Assembly (NCBI GenBank): GCA_035627655.1 | Contig: DASPLI010000001.1 | Span: 665,605 to 729,604, forward strand | DNA: 64,000 nucleotides | Direction: 5' to 3' | Origin: Minisyncoccota bacterium | Lineage (GTDB): Bacteria > Patescibacteriota > Minisyncoccia > Phycocordibacterales > Phycocordibacteraceae | Program-made: the position numbers and the translations under genes | The notes under the pieces: model-generated | Databases searched by the model: none | Seen by the model: only the letters and a program-made list of their open reading frames with translations | What the model was told of the DNA's origin: nothing | In this document: positions 1 to 9,302 of the stretch, one piece after another | Position numbering within the stretch: the first letter of the stretch is position 1 | Layout of the letters: each line of letters opens with the position of its first letter

Positions 1-2
1 CA

Positions 3-572
3 TTCGAACGCTTCCCCGGTATTGGTCCACGGCAGGCAAGACGCTTTGTGTACCACCTGTTGTCCGCTTCCCCGTCCGACCGCTCCCGCCTTTCTGATCT
101 CATCGCGCATCTGGCAAGCGACGTTCGCCAATGTTCGGAATGTCTGCGCTTTGCAAACGGCGGCAACAGCGTCTGCTCTATCTGCAGCGACACCTCTCGC
201 GACGCGCAGATACTCATGGTTGTGGAAAAGGACCAGGACCTCTTGGCAGTCGAGCGTGCCGGTGCCTACAAGGGCTACTACTTCGTGCTTGGCGGTGTGC
301 TCACTCTTTCCGGCAAAGGAAAGATTCGTGAAAAAGAATTGCTCCGCGCGGTAGATAAGCGCCTCTCCAAGGGACTCTCTGAAGTTGTGCTTGCTCTTTC
401 CGCGACCTCTGAGGGAGAAAACACTATGGACCACCTGCGACAGATACTTCTCACCTACCGCGATCGCGTAAAATTGACCGAGCTTGGCCGCGGACTCTCC
501 ACCGGCGCTGAGCTTGAGTACTCAGACGCGGAGACGCTTGCCGGAGCGCTCCAAAACCGCAAAGAGGCCTAA
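3..572 (+). CDS. recR: Recombination protein RecR (5' end outside window)
   Basis: Frame open from nt 3 (FERFPGIGPRQARRF, HhH); C4 zinc finger CSEC...CSIC; TOPRIM-like region; C-terminal ELEYSDAETL. Confidence 0.93.
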   Translation, partial: FERFPGIGPRQARRFVYHLLSASPSDRSRLSDLIAHLASDVRQCSECLRFANGGNSVCSICSDTSRDAQILMVVEKDQDLLAVERAGAYKGYYFVLGGVLTLSGKGKIREKELLRAVDKRLSKGLSEVVLALSATSEGENTMDHLRQILLTYRDRVKLTELGRGLSTGAELEYSDAETLAGALQNRKEA

Positions 573-616
573 CGAAAATCGCCGGCGTGTGTGCGCCGGC
601 GATTCGTAGTTGGGTG

Positions 617-814
617 CTATCGATCGTACCGCCAAATCACCCACGCCGAGAGAGCGCCAGCGATGAGGGAGAGCACGAACGAGTGCTGATTGAACAGAGT
701 AGCGCCTGTTTCGCCACCGAAGATGGCGACCACGGTCCAGGCGGCCCAATACATGATCAAGCCGATCATGAGCCATGCCGTCAGGTAGACGGCAACTGTT
801 TTGACACGTGTCAT
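617..814 (-). CDS. Small 2-TM hypothetical membrane protein
   Basis: 65 aa, two hydrophobic segments; ATGA overlap with upstream ORF 811..1101. Confidence 0.6.
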   Translation of the reverse strand: MTRVKTVAVYLTAWLMIGLIMYWAAWTVVAIFGGETGATLFNQHSFVLSLIAGALSAWVIWRYDR

Positions 815-1101
815 GCGTCACTCCGTTCTTTCGTTGAGATGTACATGAGGCACCCTGCAAGCAGAGCGCCGACGACGGCAGAGCTGCCGCCAAGCGCGAT
901 GTTGATCCAGTCGGGACGAGTCGCGTGGTACGCCCACTCAGGCAATCCATGCTGGTTGGCGAGCGTGCCAATCACCATGTCGCCCGATAAGAGGAAGCAA
1001 CCACCGATCTGCAGGGTCATGAAGACCCAGAGAACGGTGATGCGCCAATTGTGGAGCATCCCAAGAAACCGCCGACTGGTTCGTACAACTGCTTTAAGCA
1101 C
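811..1101 (-). CDS. Small 2-TM hypothetical membrane protein
   Basis: GTG start preceded by AAAGGAGGT; canonical promoter upstream. Confidence 0.65.
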   Translation of the reverse strand: MLKAVVRTSRRFLGMLHNWRITVLWVFMTLQIGGCFLLSGDMVIGTLANQHGLPEWAYHATRPDWINIALGGSSAVVGALLAGCLMYISTKERSDA

Positions 1102-1132
1102 GCACTTACCTCCTTTCAGTTACCCGGATAAT

Positions 1133-1161
1133 ATTATACCAGGTAAACTAAGTATAGTCAA
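1133..1161 (-). promoter_or_regulatory. sigma70-type promoter TTGACT-N17-TATAAT
   Basis: Near-consensus -35/-10 with 17-nt spacer upstream of 811..1101. Confidence 0.75.
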
Positions 1162-1168
1162 TATAGAG

Positions 1169-1196
1169 CAATAGCCGCCTTACGGGGCGGCTATTG
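1169..1196. terminator. Intrinsic terminator hairpin
   Basis: CAATAGCCGCC-TTACGG-GGCGGCTATTG inverted repeat just after the stop of ORF 1202..1378. Confidence 0.7.
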
Positions 1197-1201
1197 TGTC
1201 G

Positions 1202-1378
1202 TTAGGATGTCTGATGCCCCCACAGATAGACCTGCCCCATCGTCATCATCAGCCACATAATGAAGCCGACGGCGAAGATGATCCGGTTGGTCCGATCTCT
1301 GGATCGCATGAGCAGGACGAGAAAGAACAGGGCCATGAATGCGTCAACCGCAAGCCACATAGGATTGAATTCCGGCAT
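1202..1378 (-). CDS. 58-aa 2-TM small protein (absent from ORF track)
   Basis: MPEFNPMWLAVDAFMALFFLVLLMRSRDRTNRIIFAVGFIMWLMMTMGQVYLWGHQTS; AGGAGG SD; terminator downstream. Confidence 0.65.
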   Translation of the reverse strand: MPEFNPMWLAVDAFMALFFLVLLMRSRDRTNRIIFAVGFIMWLMMTMGQVYLWGHQTS

Positions 1379-1447
1379 GTATGCCTCCTGTAGTGAACGA
1401 GAGCGATACTAGCACAAACTCGCCGGGAGGCGAGTTTGGTGGAGGGC

Positions 1448-1765
1448 TTATTTGATGCCGTCGATCTTTACTTTCACGAACGGCTGGCGATGGCCGCGGC
1501 GCTTGAGGTAGCGGCTCTTTGCCTTGTAGCGGACGACGTCGATCTTCTTAGCGCGGCCGACAGAGGCGACGGTGCCGGTGACTGATGCGCCCTTTATAGC
1601 CGGGGTGCCAATGTTGACGGTCGAACCGTCGTCGGTCATAAGCACCTCGTCAAAGGTGACCGTATCGCCCTTTTTAAGGTCGCCCGGAAGCTTCTCAATA
1701 GTGATCGTGTCGCCCTTGGAGACGACATACTGCTTCCCGCCCGACTTGATGACTGCCAATTCCAT
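1448..1765 (-). CDS. rplU: 50S ribosomal protein L21
   Basis: AVIKSGGKQY N-terminus and RGHRQPF C-terminal motif. Confidence 0.97.
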   Translation of the reverse strand: MELAVIKSGGKQYVVSKGDTITIEKLPGDLKKGDTVTFDEVLMTDDGSTVNIGTPAIKGASVTGTVASVGRAKKIDVVRYKAKSRYLKRRGHRQPFVKVKIDGIK

Positions 1766-1851
1766 ATCGGCCTACCTTACCTGAAAAACCCGCTCTAGGC
1801 AAGACGAAAGGCCCACCCCTTGGGATACGGGGCGGGCCTCTGTTTTGCTTC

Positions 1852-2256
1852 CTACGAAGCCTGCGGCTGGGCCGGCGGGTATGAGCCGCGCGGCAGCACG
1901 AGGTCGAGAAGCTGGCTGACGGGCGCCATGATAAGTGCGCCCATCGCAAGAACTTGCAAAAGGTTCCAGTCGATCGGATCCGCGGAAGAATGCGGCTCCT
2001 GGAGGATCTTAGTCACGACCCACGCCAGCGTCACGAGCCCGATGAGGGCCGCGATGCGGCTTGGTTCACCCTGCCCTTCGGTGAGAAGGATGCCATGCAC
2101 AAAGCTTGCGCAAAGCCAGGCAGAGATTGCGGTCGTGACGCTCATGCTGACCGGGTCAGCACTTGCCTGCTGCGGCGCGAAGAGCGCTACGAGCAGCATC
2201 AGACACAGCAGGAATGACGAGATGGAACCCAACACATAGCGTACTTTGAAGAACAT
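1852..2256 (-). CDS. Hypothetical multi-TM membrane protein
   Basis: Hydrophobic segments; GGGGGAG SD before MFFKV; promoter TTGACT-N17-TATTGT at 2306-2334; hairpin at ~1807-1840. Confidence 0.6.
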   Translation of the reverse strand: MFFKVRYVLGSISSFLLCLMLLVALFAPQQASADPVSMSVTTAISAWLCASFVHGILLTEGQGEPSRIAALIGLVTLAWVVTKILQEPHSSADPIDWNLLQVLAMGALIMAPVSQLLDLVLPRGSYPPAQPQAS

Positions 2257-2326
2257 TGCGTTCTCCCCCTTACGTCCAGGCACATCGCCTGGATTCCTGT
2301 ATTACACAATACAATAAATAGAGGAT

Positions 2327-3370
2327 TTAGTCAATATCCTCGGATCGCGGCTTTTCTAGCGCCATAGTCTCGATCCCGATCTTCGATTCGGCGATGCGGT
2401 AGACGTCCTTATCAATCTTCCCAAGCTCCTTGTAGCCCGAATTGTAGTGCGAGACCGTAGTCTCAAGCGACTTTCCAAGCTTGCGGTAGTACTCCTCGTA
2501 AGCGCCAATATGCTTCCCTAACTCCCCGACACGTTTTTGAATCTCCGCAGCTTTCTGCTCAATCTGGAGGGCGCGCAGTCCCTGGAGCACTGTCTGGAGA
2601 TAGGCGTGGAAGGAGCTCGGCGAGACGACGATCACCTTGTACTTATTCATCGCGTGCTGGATCAGGTCTTCCCCGTCGCCAACTGCGTTTGCAAGAAGAT
2701 CGTAATAAATGCCTTCCGACGGAATGAACATGAACGCAAAGTCCATGGTCCCTTCTTCTGGGCGGATGTACTTGGACGTCTCCTGAATACGCATCTTGAG
2801 ATCGTTGACGAACGCCTTCTCAAACGCAGCGCGCTCTGAGGGCTCGCAACCAATAAGCCGGTTGTAGTTTTCAAGGGAGAATTTGGAATCAATCGGGACG
2901 ATTTTGTCGTTTACATACACAACCGCGTCCACGATCTCGCCATTGGAGAAACCATACTGCATCTGGTAGTTGCCTGGCGACAGCACATTCTTGAGTACCG
3001 TCTCAAGGAAATATTCCCCCAACACGCCGCGCTGCTTCGGGTTCTTCAAAATGTCCTGGAGGGAGCGCAGCTGGTTGGCGAATTCGCCAGTCTGCCGGCC
3101 GATCTCTTTGACGGACGTAATCTCTTCCGTGATTTCCCGAATGAGGCGGGAAGATTCGCCAAGCTGGCTACGCACCGTCTCATGCACCTGACGAGACGAC
3201 TCATGCATGCGCGAATCGAGCGTGCGCTCCAGGTTCTGCATCTGCTGCTGCAGGAGCGTGAGTCCGCTTTGGTCTGACGGCTTTTCCTGCCGCTTGAGGA
3301 TGAAATACAAACCAATACCCTGCACAAACAGCAGAACGAGGACAATAATCGCGATCGTAAAGAGATCCAT
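2327..3370 (-). CDS. rmuC: DNA recombination protein RmuC
   Basis: N-terminal TM, coiled coil, RGVLGE, PIDSKF, DFAFMFIPSEG motifs. Confidence 0.92.
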   Translation of the reverse strand: MDLFTIAIIVLVLLFVQGIGLYFILKRQEKPSDQSGLTLLQQQMQNLERTLDSRMHESSRQVHETVRSQLGESSRLIREITEEITSVKEIGRQTGEFANQLRSLQDILKNPKQRGVLGEYFLETVLKNVLSPGNYQMQYGFSNGEIVDAVVYVNDKIVPIDSKFSLENYNRLIGCEPSERAAFEKAFVNDLKMRIQETSKYIRPEEGTMDFAFMFIPSEGIYYDLLANAVGDGEDLIQHAMNKYKVIVVSPSSFHAYLQTVLQGLRALQIEQKAAEIQKRVGELGKHIGAYEEYYRKLGKSLETTVSHYNSGYKELGKIDKDVYRIAESKIGIETMALEKPRSEDID

Positions 3371-3384
3371 CGTCCGTAAGTATA

Positions 3385-6048
3385 TCAAGCAGCGAGTTTC
3401 CGCGCTCTGCGTTCAGGACCGATGAAGAAGAACTCCTTCGCAAGCTCAATAAGACCGAGGTTCACAACGCCCGCAAGTACCATATAGCCGATATCCTCAA
3501 GGTTTGGTGGTACCGTATGCACGAGCGCCTGAATTGGCGGGGCGAAGAGCGCGAGCATCAGCATGCCCATGCTACCGGCAAGCGAAACCAGGAGGAGCGG
3601 GTTTGAGGAGAACTGGAGTTTCCAGAGTCTCGTACCAAGCGACTTCAAGGAGAGCGCGCCGGCAACCGAGCTCATGGAGATTGCGCCGAACATGATGGTG
3701 CGCAGCTCTGCTTCCGGCAGGTGCATGGACACGAGAACAAAGTGGAGACAGACCAGAAGAAGGCCCGTTGCAACACCGACGCAGAGAATGAGTTTCAACA
3801 GATCATTGGTGAGCACGCGAGCAACTTCCGGATGAGAGGCAGGGCGCTTCATGGCAGACGGATACAGGGGCTCAAAGGCAAGGGCCACGTTCATAGGTCC
3901 ACCTTCAATGAGGTTTGCCCACATGATCTGCGTTGGCAGAATCGGGAGCGGGAGCCCGGCGGCAAGCGAAGCACTAATGACGAAAATCTCGCTGAAGTTC
4001 GTCGAGAGCATGTACGCAAGCATCTTCTTCACGTTGTCGCGGAGGCGCCGCCCTTCCGCGATCGCCTTGGTAATCACGGAGAAGTTGTCATTGAGAAGCA
4101 CGAGATCGGATGCTTCTTTTGCAACATCCGTTCCGGACCCGAGCGCAACACCAATTGCTGCCGCTTCAAGCGCAGGCGCATCATTCACGCCGTCTCCCGT
4201 CATAGCCACTACCTCCCCTGCCGACGTGAGCACGCGTGCGATCCGCAGCTTGTCTGACGGAGTTACGCGCGCAAAGACGGTGTGTTCCCGAAGCAAGCTG
4301 ACCAACTCATCATCCGATAGATCTTTAAACTCGGCACCGGTATAAGCACGAGAATCCCCCTTCGCGATGCCGGTCTCCCGGGCAAACCAGAGCGCTGTCT
4401 CGGGGTTATCGCCCGTAAGCATGATGACGCGAGCGCCGGCCTGCTGCATGACTTCGACCGATGAACGTGCGTCAGCACGCACCACGTCGGAGAAGACGAT
4501 AAAGCCGATGAGCTCGAGCCCCTGAATGAGTGCTTCGAGTTCCGCTTCCGGAGGGAATTCTTCGCGTTCAGTTTCAAGCCGTGCGACCGCAAGCACTCGC
4601 TTTCCTTCTTTAGCGGCACGCTTGAGCGCTTCTTCAAAGTACTCGGCATTCTCCGGCGTAAACGGTCGCGCACCGCCGCGCGTACCCATGCCCTTTGCTG
4701 CGGCAGCAAGAAACAGTTCCGGCACGCCGGTCAGATACATCACGCGCTTTCCTGCTTCCTGCACGAGCATGCCGCCAAATCGCCGGGTAGACGTAAAGTG
4801 AAGCTCATCGAGACGCGGATTCTCTTTGCGCAACTCCCCTTCAGGGAATCCAGCGCCGAGGCCTGCGCGAAGAATCGCCTGCTCGACCGGACGCCCGCGC
4901 GCAACGACGCCGCCCGCATCCCGTGTCTTCTCCAAGTAACCGTCTGACGCAAGCACGGCTGCGCGAAGCATCTCACGCGCCGTCTCGCCATCAGCCTCCT
5001 CAGTCGTGCCAGCAAGCGTCACATACGCAACCGCCTGCATTCTTCCCTCTGTAAGCGTGCCGGTTTTATCGGTCAGAATGATCGTCGTTGATCCAAGCGT
5101 CTCGGCCGCAAGCAGGTTGCGGACCAGGCCGCCCGTCTTAAGGATGCGCTCCATGCCAAGGGCGAGCACGACGGTCACCGCCGCTGGAAGACCTTCAGGA
5201 ATCGAAGCGACTGAAAGTGCAATCGCAATCAGGAGCGTCTCGCCAAGCGTCATACCCTGCAAAAGCGCGAGGCCGCCCACGAGAATAATGACCACCGCCA
5301 CGAGAATAAGCAGCGTGCGTGCCACTCCTTTCATGTCTCCCTGGAGCGGGGTGTCTCCCTTCGGTGCGTTCCCAAGCTCGCGCGCAATCGCACCAAGCTC
5401 CGTATCCCCGCCGGTCGCAACCACGACACCCATACCCGCACCCGCTGATACGAGCGTACCGGCATATGCCATGTTATTGCGCTCAACAAGCGGTGCTTCA
5501 GTACGAACGACATCCGTTCCCTTCTCTACTGCGAGCCATTCACCAGAGAGCGCTGCTTCTTGTATGGAAAGTCCATGCGCTTCCACGAGACGAAGGTCTG
5601 CCGGGATCTTAGCGCCGGAAGCAAGCACGATCAGGTCTCCGATAACGATGCACTCAGAGGCAATCTCTTTGCGCTCTCCGTCGCGGATCACGACCGCGCG
5701 CGGCGCCTCTTCCCGCTTCAGGGCGGCAAATGCGCTCCCTGCCTTTCCTTCCTGGATAAGGCCGATGATGACGTTGATAAGAAGTGCGAGCGCGATGATG
5801 ATCGCGTCGGTGTAGTGGGAGATGAACACCGTGAGGAGCGCTGCGAAAATAAGTACGAGCGCGATCGGGCTTTGGATCTGGCGCCACAGCCGCTTCAAGA
5901 AAGTATCTTGCGGCGGGGTTGGGAGAACGTTTCGCCCTTCCAAAAGCCGGTTAGTGGCAACCTCCTGCGAAATACCCCGTTTGGGGTCAGTGCCGCACGC
6001 GATAAGCGCCTCCGATGCGGGAAGCGCGTGCCAAGAACGTACATCCAT
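3385..6048 (-). CDS. P2-type (Ca2+-like) cation-transporting P-type ATPase
   Basis: PEGL, DKTGTLT, TGDN, MTGDGVNDAPAL motifs; multiple TM helices. Confidence 0.93.
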   Translation of the reverse strand: MDVRSWHALPASEALIACGTDPKRGISQEVATNRLLEGRNVLPTPPQDTFLKRLWRQIQSPIALVLIFAALLTVFISHYTDAIIIALALLINVIIGLIQEGKAGSAFAALKREEAPRAVVIRDGERKEIASECIVIGDLIVLASGAKIPADLRLVEAHGLSIQEAALSGEWLAVEKGTDVVRTEAPLVERNNMAYAGTLVSAGAGMGVVVATGGDTELGAIARELGNAPKGDTPLQGDMKGVARTLLILVAVVIILVGGLALLQGMTLGETLLIAIALSVASIPEGLPAAVTVVLALGMERILKTGGLVRNLLAAETLGSTTIILTDKTGTLTEGRMQAVAYVTLAGTTEEADGETAREMLRAAVLASDGYLEKTRDAGGVVARGRPVEQAILRAGLGAGFPEGELRKENPRLDELHFTSTRRFGGMLVQEAGKRVMYLTGVPELFLAAAAKGMGTRGGARPFTPENAEYFEEALKRAAKEGKRVLAVARLETEREEFPPEAELEALIQGLELIGFIVFSDVVRADARSSVEVMQQAGARVIMLTGDNPETALWFARETGIAKGDSRAYTGAEFKDLSDDELVSLLREHTVFARVTPSDKLRIARVLTSAGEVVAMTGDGVNDAPALEAAAIGVALGSGTDVAKEASDLVLLNDNFSVITKAIAEGRRLRDNVKKMLAYMLSTNFSEIFVISASLAAGLPLPILPTQIMWANLIEGGPMNVALAFEPLYPSAMKRPASHPEVARVLTNDLLKLILCVGVATGLLLVCLHFVLVSMHLPEAELRTIMFGAISMSSVAGALSLKSLGTRLWKLQFSSNPLLLVSLAGSMGMLMLALFAPPIQALVHTVPPNLEDIGYMVLAGVVNLGLIELAKEFFFIGPERRARKLAA

Positions 6049-6086
6049 CCCTCAAAGTATACCAAGTGTGTTACCCTTCCCCATGT

Positions 6087-6539
6087 ATGACAATCCACGA
6101 ATCCATTAAGGGAAGTATTGCGGAGGCAATGCGCGCAAAAGACGCAGTTCGCCTGCGCACACTGCGCTCCCTCTCCGCTGCCATGACCAATGAAGTCGTA
6201 GCTAAGAAGCGAAAGCCGGACGAGCTTCTGACCGATGAGGAGGCGCTCGCGGTCCTCAAGCGCGCGGCAAACCAGCGCAAGGATTCGATCGAGCAGTTCA
6301 CCAAGGGCGGACGCCCGGAACTTGCCGAGCCTGAAGCGGAAGAGCTTGCAGTTATCGAGGCTTATCTTCCGGCACAACTCTCCCGCGAGCAGGTAGAGGA
6401 AGCGGTCAAAGCAAAGATCGCCGAGCTTGGCGCGGACAAGTCCAAGGCCGGCATGGTCATGGGCGCTGTTATGAAGGACCTCAAAGGTCAGGCGGACGGC
6501 AACGTCGTCAAAGAGGTCGTTGATTCCCTCCTCGCCTAG
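6087..6539 (+). CDS. yqeY: GatB/YqeY domain protein
   Basis: AMRAKD...RKDSIEQF.KGGR.ELA...YLP.QLS...GMVMGAVM...GQADG pattern. Confidence 0.9.
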   Translation: MTIHESIKGSIAEAMRAKDAVRLRTLRSLSAAMTNEVVAKKRKPDELLTDEEALAVLKRAANQRKDSIEQFTKGGRPELAEPEAEELAVIEAYLPAQLSREQVEEAVKAKIAELGADKSKAGMVMGAVMKDLKGQADGNVVKEVVDSLLA

Positions 6540-6580
6540 AGCTATAGTTTCCCCTAGTCGTTCTTGAAAGGAGCATACGA

Positions 6581-6817
6581 ATGCTCAGTGATCGGCAAGC
6601 GTCGATGGACGAGGAGCCAATCCTCGTCCATCGCTATCACCCCTGGAAACGCACCTATCGCTGGATGATCGTCGGAAAGACGTCTCGAGAGCCATATGAC
6701 GGCAAGGTTACCTATCCGTATACGGGCGAAGGAAAGATGCACGCCGAAAAGCGCCTCAAAAACCTTCATGCCCGCTGGCTTCGAGAGCATCCATCACAGA
6801 CAAATGAATTCGTATAA
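6581..6817 (+). CDS. Hypothetical protein
   Basis: AAAGGAG SD; hairpin AGGCGGTCC...GGACCGCCT right after stop. Confidence 0.6.
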   Translation: MLSDRQASMDEEPILVHRYHPWKRTYRWMIVGKTSREPYDGKVTYPYTGEGKMHAEKRLKNLHARWLREHPSQTNEFV

Positions 6818-6985
6818 GTATAAGGCGGTCCCCTAAGGACCGCCTCGTCTGTTAATAAATAGCTGCGAGTCAGATTGCGTCAACTATGATGGCGGTTTTC
6901 CCTACCGCAGCATAGCAATCAGACAATACGTCCATCGAAAAATCATAGAAATATGGTACGGTATGCGCTTCGTACGGAGGGAGTA

Positions 6986-7303
6986 ATGACTGTAAAGAAG
7001 TACGAGGTGGTCATCGCGCACAACGTGGAGGGCTTGCTTGCGGGCTGTGGAGTCTGCAGGAAAGAGTTCGACTCCGGACCGTTTGTCGTTGGCCTCAAGA
7101 CACAATCGTTCTTTTATGTCGTATGCACGTGGAAGCCACAGACATGCTGCCGGAAGCGGTGGGAGGCGTTTACGATCTTCCCCACGAAGCCGCTTGCCGA
7201 AGCGTATGCGATAGAGCTCGATCAGACGCTCGAGCGAACCGGGAAGATTGAGGGCATGTCTCTCATGAAATTCCCGGTGGCTATCCTGCTGCGACAGCAG
7301 TAA
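6986..7303 (+). CDS. Hypothetical Cys-containing protein
   Basis: GGAGGGAG SD; CGVC and C...CC; terminator at ~7309-7341. Confidence 0.6.
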   Translation: MTVKKYEVVIAHNVEGLLAGCGVCRKEFDSGPFVVGLKTQSFFYVVCTWKPQTCCRKRWEAFTIFPTKPLAEAYAIELDQTLERTGKIEGMSLMKFPVAILLRQQ

Positions 7304-7410
7304 CTGCTAAGACCGGACTCCCCAGGCGGGATCCGGTCTTTCCTTTGTCCGGCTATATTTGACATATGTATGATTATGTGTAATCATAATATACGGAACG
7401 GAGGTGGTTC

Positions 7411-7746
7411 ATGTTTGATATCGTCTGGCTTGCGTGCGCGCCGCTTTTCGCGACGGGCGCTGCTCGCTATCTGTCGAACAAATACGTTGAAACCTGGAGT
7501 TGGAAGCGCTGGCTATATTTCGCCTGCTGGAGTCTCATCTCTCTGCTTGCGCTTACGGCCGGCTTGCGGCTCTTCATCGACAACGAAACGTTTCGCTACG
7601 TGGCCGGTTTGGCGCCGGGAGCACTCCTGCTCATCATGGCTATCGTCCCCTGCGGGATACCGGCCATGAACACACCGGCCATGCGGCCGTTGCGAAACCT
7701 CTTCTTTGTGGTGATGGGCTGCGTGCACATCTTCCAGAACCTCTAA
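7411..7746 (+). CDS. Hypothetical 4-TM membrane protein
   Basis: GGAGGT SD, TTGACA in AT-rich upstream region, hairpin after stop. Confidence 0.65.
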   Translation: MFDIVWLACAPLFATGAARYLSNKYVETWSWKRWLYFACWSLISLLALTAGLRLFIDNETFRYVAGLAPGALLLIMAIVPCGIPAMNTPAMRPLRNLFFVVMGCVHIFQNL

Positions 7747-7825
7747 ACTCGACCGGGCCGGACGTTCACACGTCCGGTCCTTGGTAGTTAAAGAACCACT
7801 CCGCGTATACGGAGTGGTTCTGTGC

Positions 7826-8071
7826 TTATTCGCTTGGCGGATTTTCCCGCAAGTAGTTCGGGAGCCAGTCCATAAACCGCTTCCGATGCACATCGAGGGA
7901 CCATTCGGCACTCTGTTTAAAGAGTTCCGGATGGCGTTCGCTGAACCGGCGCAGAAGTGGCGCGGAGGCTTTCGGGAATTGCGAAGGAAGCCCGTCGTTG
8001 TAGACGGTCAGAAAGTCGCGTGCGGAGAGTTTCTTCTCGCTGCGCTCTCGGTCAAGGTCTGGTTTTCGCAT
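7826..8071 (-). CDS. Hypothetical protein
   Basis: 81-aa ORF, protein-like composition, terminator at ~7792-7821. Confidence 0.6.
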   Translation of the reverse strand: MRKPDLDRERSEKKLSARDFLTVYNDGLPSQFPKASAPLLRRFSERHPELFKQSAEWSLDVHRKRFMDWLPNYLRENPPSE

Positions 8072-8112
8072 AAGAGTGAACGCACAAGGAGCGCAGACGC
8101 GCTCCTTGATGC

Positions 8113-8310
8113 TTAGATCTTATGAACGTTCACGGCATTCTTGCCCTTCGGGCTGTCGCCGATCTCGAACTGAAGCTTGTCGCCTACACGAAGAGAATCG
8201 AATTGAACATCAACGAGCTCGTTGGCATGGAAGAAGAGATCCTTCTCCTGTCCTTCGATCTTGATGAATCCGAAACCCTCCCTGAGGTTGGTGATAACGC
8301 CTTCCGTCAT
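8113..8310 (-). CDS. Cold-shock domain protein
   Basis: RNP1 GFGFI, RNP2 LFFH, C-terminal KGKNAVNV. Confidence 0.95.
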   Translation of the reverse strand: MTEGVITNLREGFGFIKIEGQEKDLFFHANELVDVQFDSLRVGDKLQFEIGDSPKGKNAVNVHKI

Positions 8311-8434
8311 AGTGATTTCTCTAGATGCACCTGATAACTATCAAGTGCAGGAGGCTGAAAACGAGAAGTCGACTAACTACTTATGGACAGCGCTGCGATT
8401 GATAGAGAGACAATAACACAGATTCCCTGAGAAT

Positions 8435-9148
8435 TCAACGTCTCCCCCGTCGAGCGGCGCTGAACCGAATACCCATGATGAATTCGTAGAATGGTCCTCC
8501 GACAAGCCCGAGGGTAAACGCCCAGGCCAGCTCTTCAAGCGGAATGCCATACAACAGGGAGCCGCTGATTTGCTCCATATGCCACCACTCCTGGATAAGG
8601 GTTGGAAAGAGTGCAAGCCATACCAAATAACCCACAAAGGTTATGCCGAGCACGAGAAGTCCCGTCACCGCCGCATTAAAAATCAAGTCATGCCGGAACC
8701 AGCACATAAACACCGCGAGCGCGAGAAACATAATGAATGAGGCATAAATTGAATTCCAGCCCACCCATAGTAGTCCGTGGAATGAGAAAGCGGCTATGAC
8801 GATGAGCGGAATTACAAACCACTTCCAGTGATGTCTCTTGTCTCTCAGCTTGAGAATTTTTCGAGGAAATGCGAGCTCGTATATGACGCTTGCGATGCCG
8901 CCGATGAGAAAGCCGTATATAAAGTCCTCGACACTTCCCAGCTGTATCGACCATACTTCGATGGGAACTAAATATATGGGACTCCAGTAATCAAAGAAGA
9001 AGGGTGCCCACAGCGGCGCAAGCATGCCTATGAGGAAGCTCATTATGAGCATCTCGTCCCGCAAAGTCCTGTTCCAGAAGAAGAGCACCAGCCACCACGG
9101 AAGGAAAATCAATCCGCCGAGCAAATAGGTATAAGAACCGACCTCCAT
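8435..9148 (-). CDS. Lycopene cyclase domain-containing membrane protein (two repeats)
   Basis: Two hydrophobic repeats ending in W...SVEDFIYGF and WW...GIPLEELAWAF (PxEE motif of CrtYc/Yd-type cyclases). Confidence 0.7.
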   Translation of the reverse strand: MEVGSYTYLLGGLIFLPWWLVLFFWNRTLRDEMLIMSFLIGMLAPLWAPFFFDYWSPIYLVPIEVWSIQLGSVEDFIYGFLIGGIASVIYELAFPRKILKLRDKRHHWKWFVIPLIVIAAFSFHGLLWVGWNSIYASFIMFLALAVFMCWFRHDLIFNAAVTGLLVLGITFVGYLVWLALFPTLIQEWWHMEQISGSLLYGIPLEELAWAFTLGLVGGPFYEFIMGIRFSAARRGRR

Positions 9149-9302
9149 TGAAAGAAGTATACCCTCGTCGTCCTCGTGTATCTGGGTCTAGCTGCCTTCC
9201 GAGCTCTTCATTCCGAGGTGCGCCCTCACAAGTGAATCGTTTGGTGAGGATATTCTAACCCTCGTTCGAAAATTCTTCGAGTCACGACAGCTCCGAGACG
9301 TA

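Noticed and set aside
600-8100. Integron cassette array or prophage remnant
   Set aside because: No intI, attC-like sites or phage hallmark genes; the small genes have mixed orientation and their own promoters
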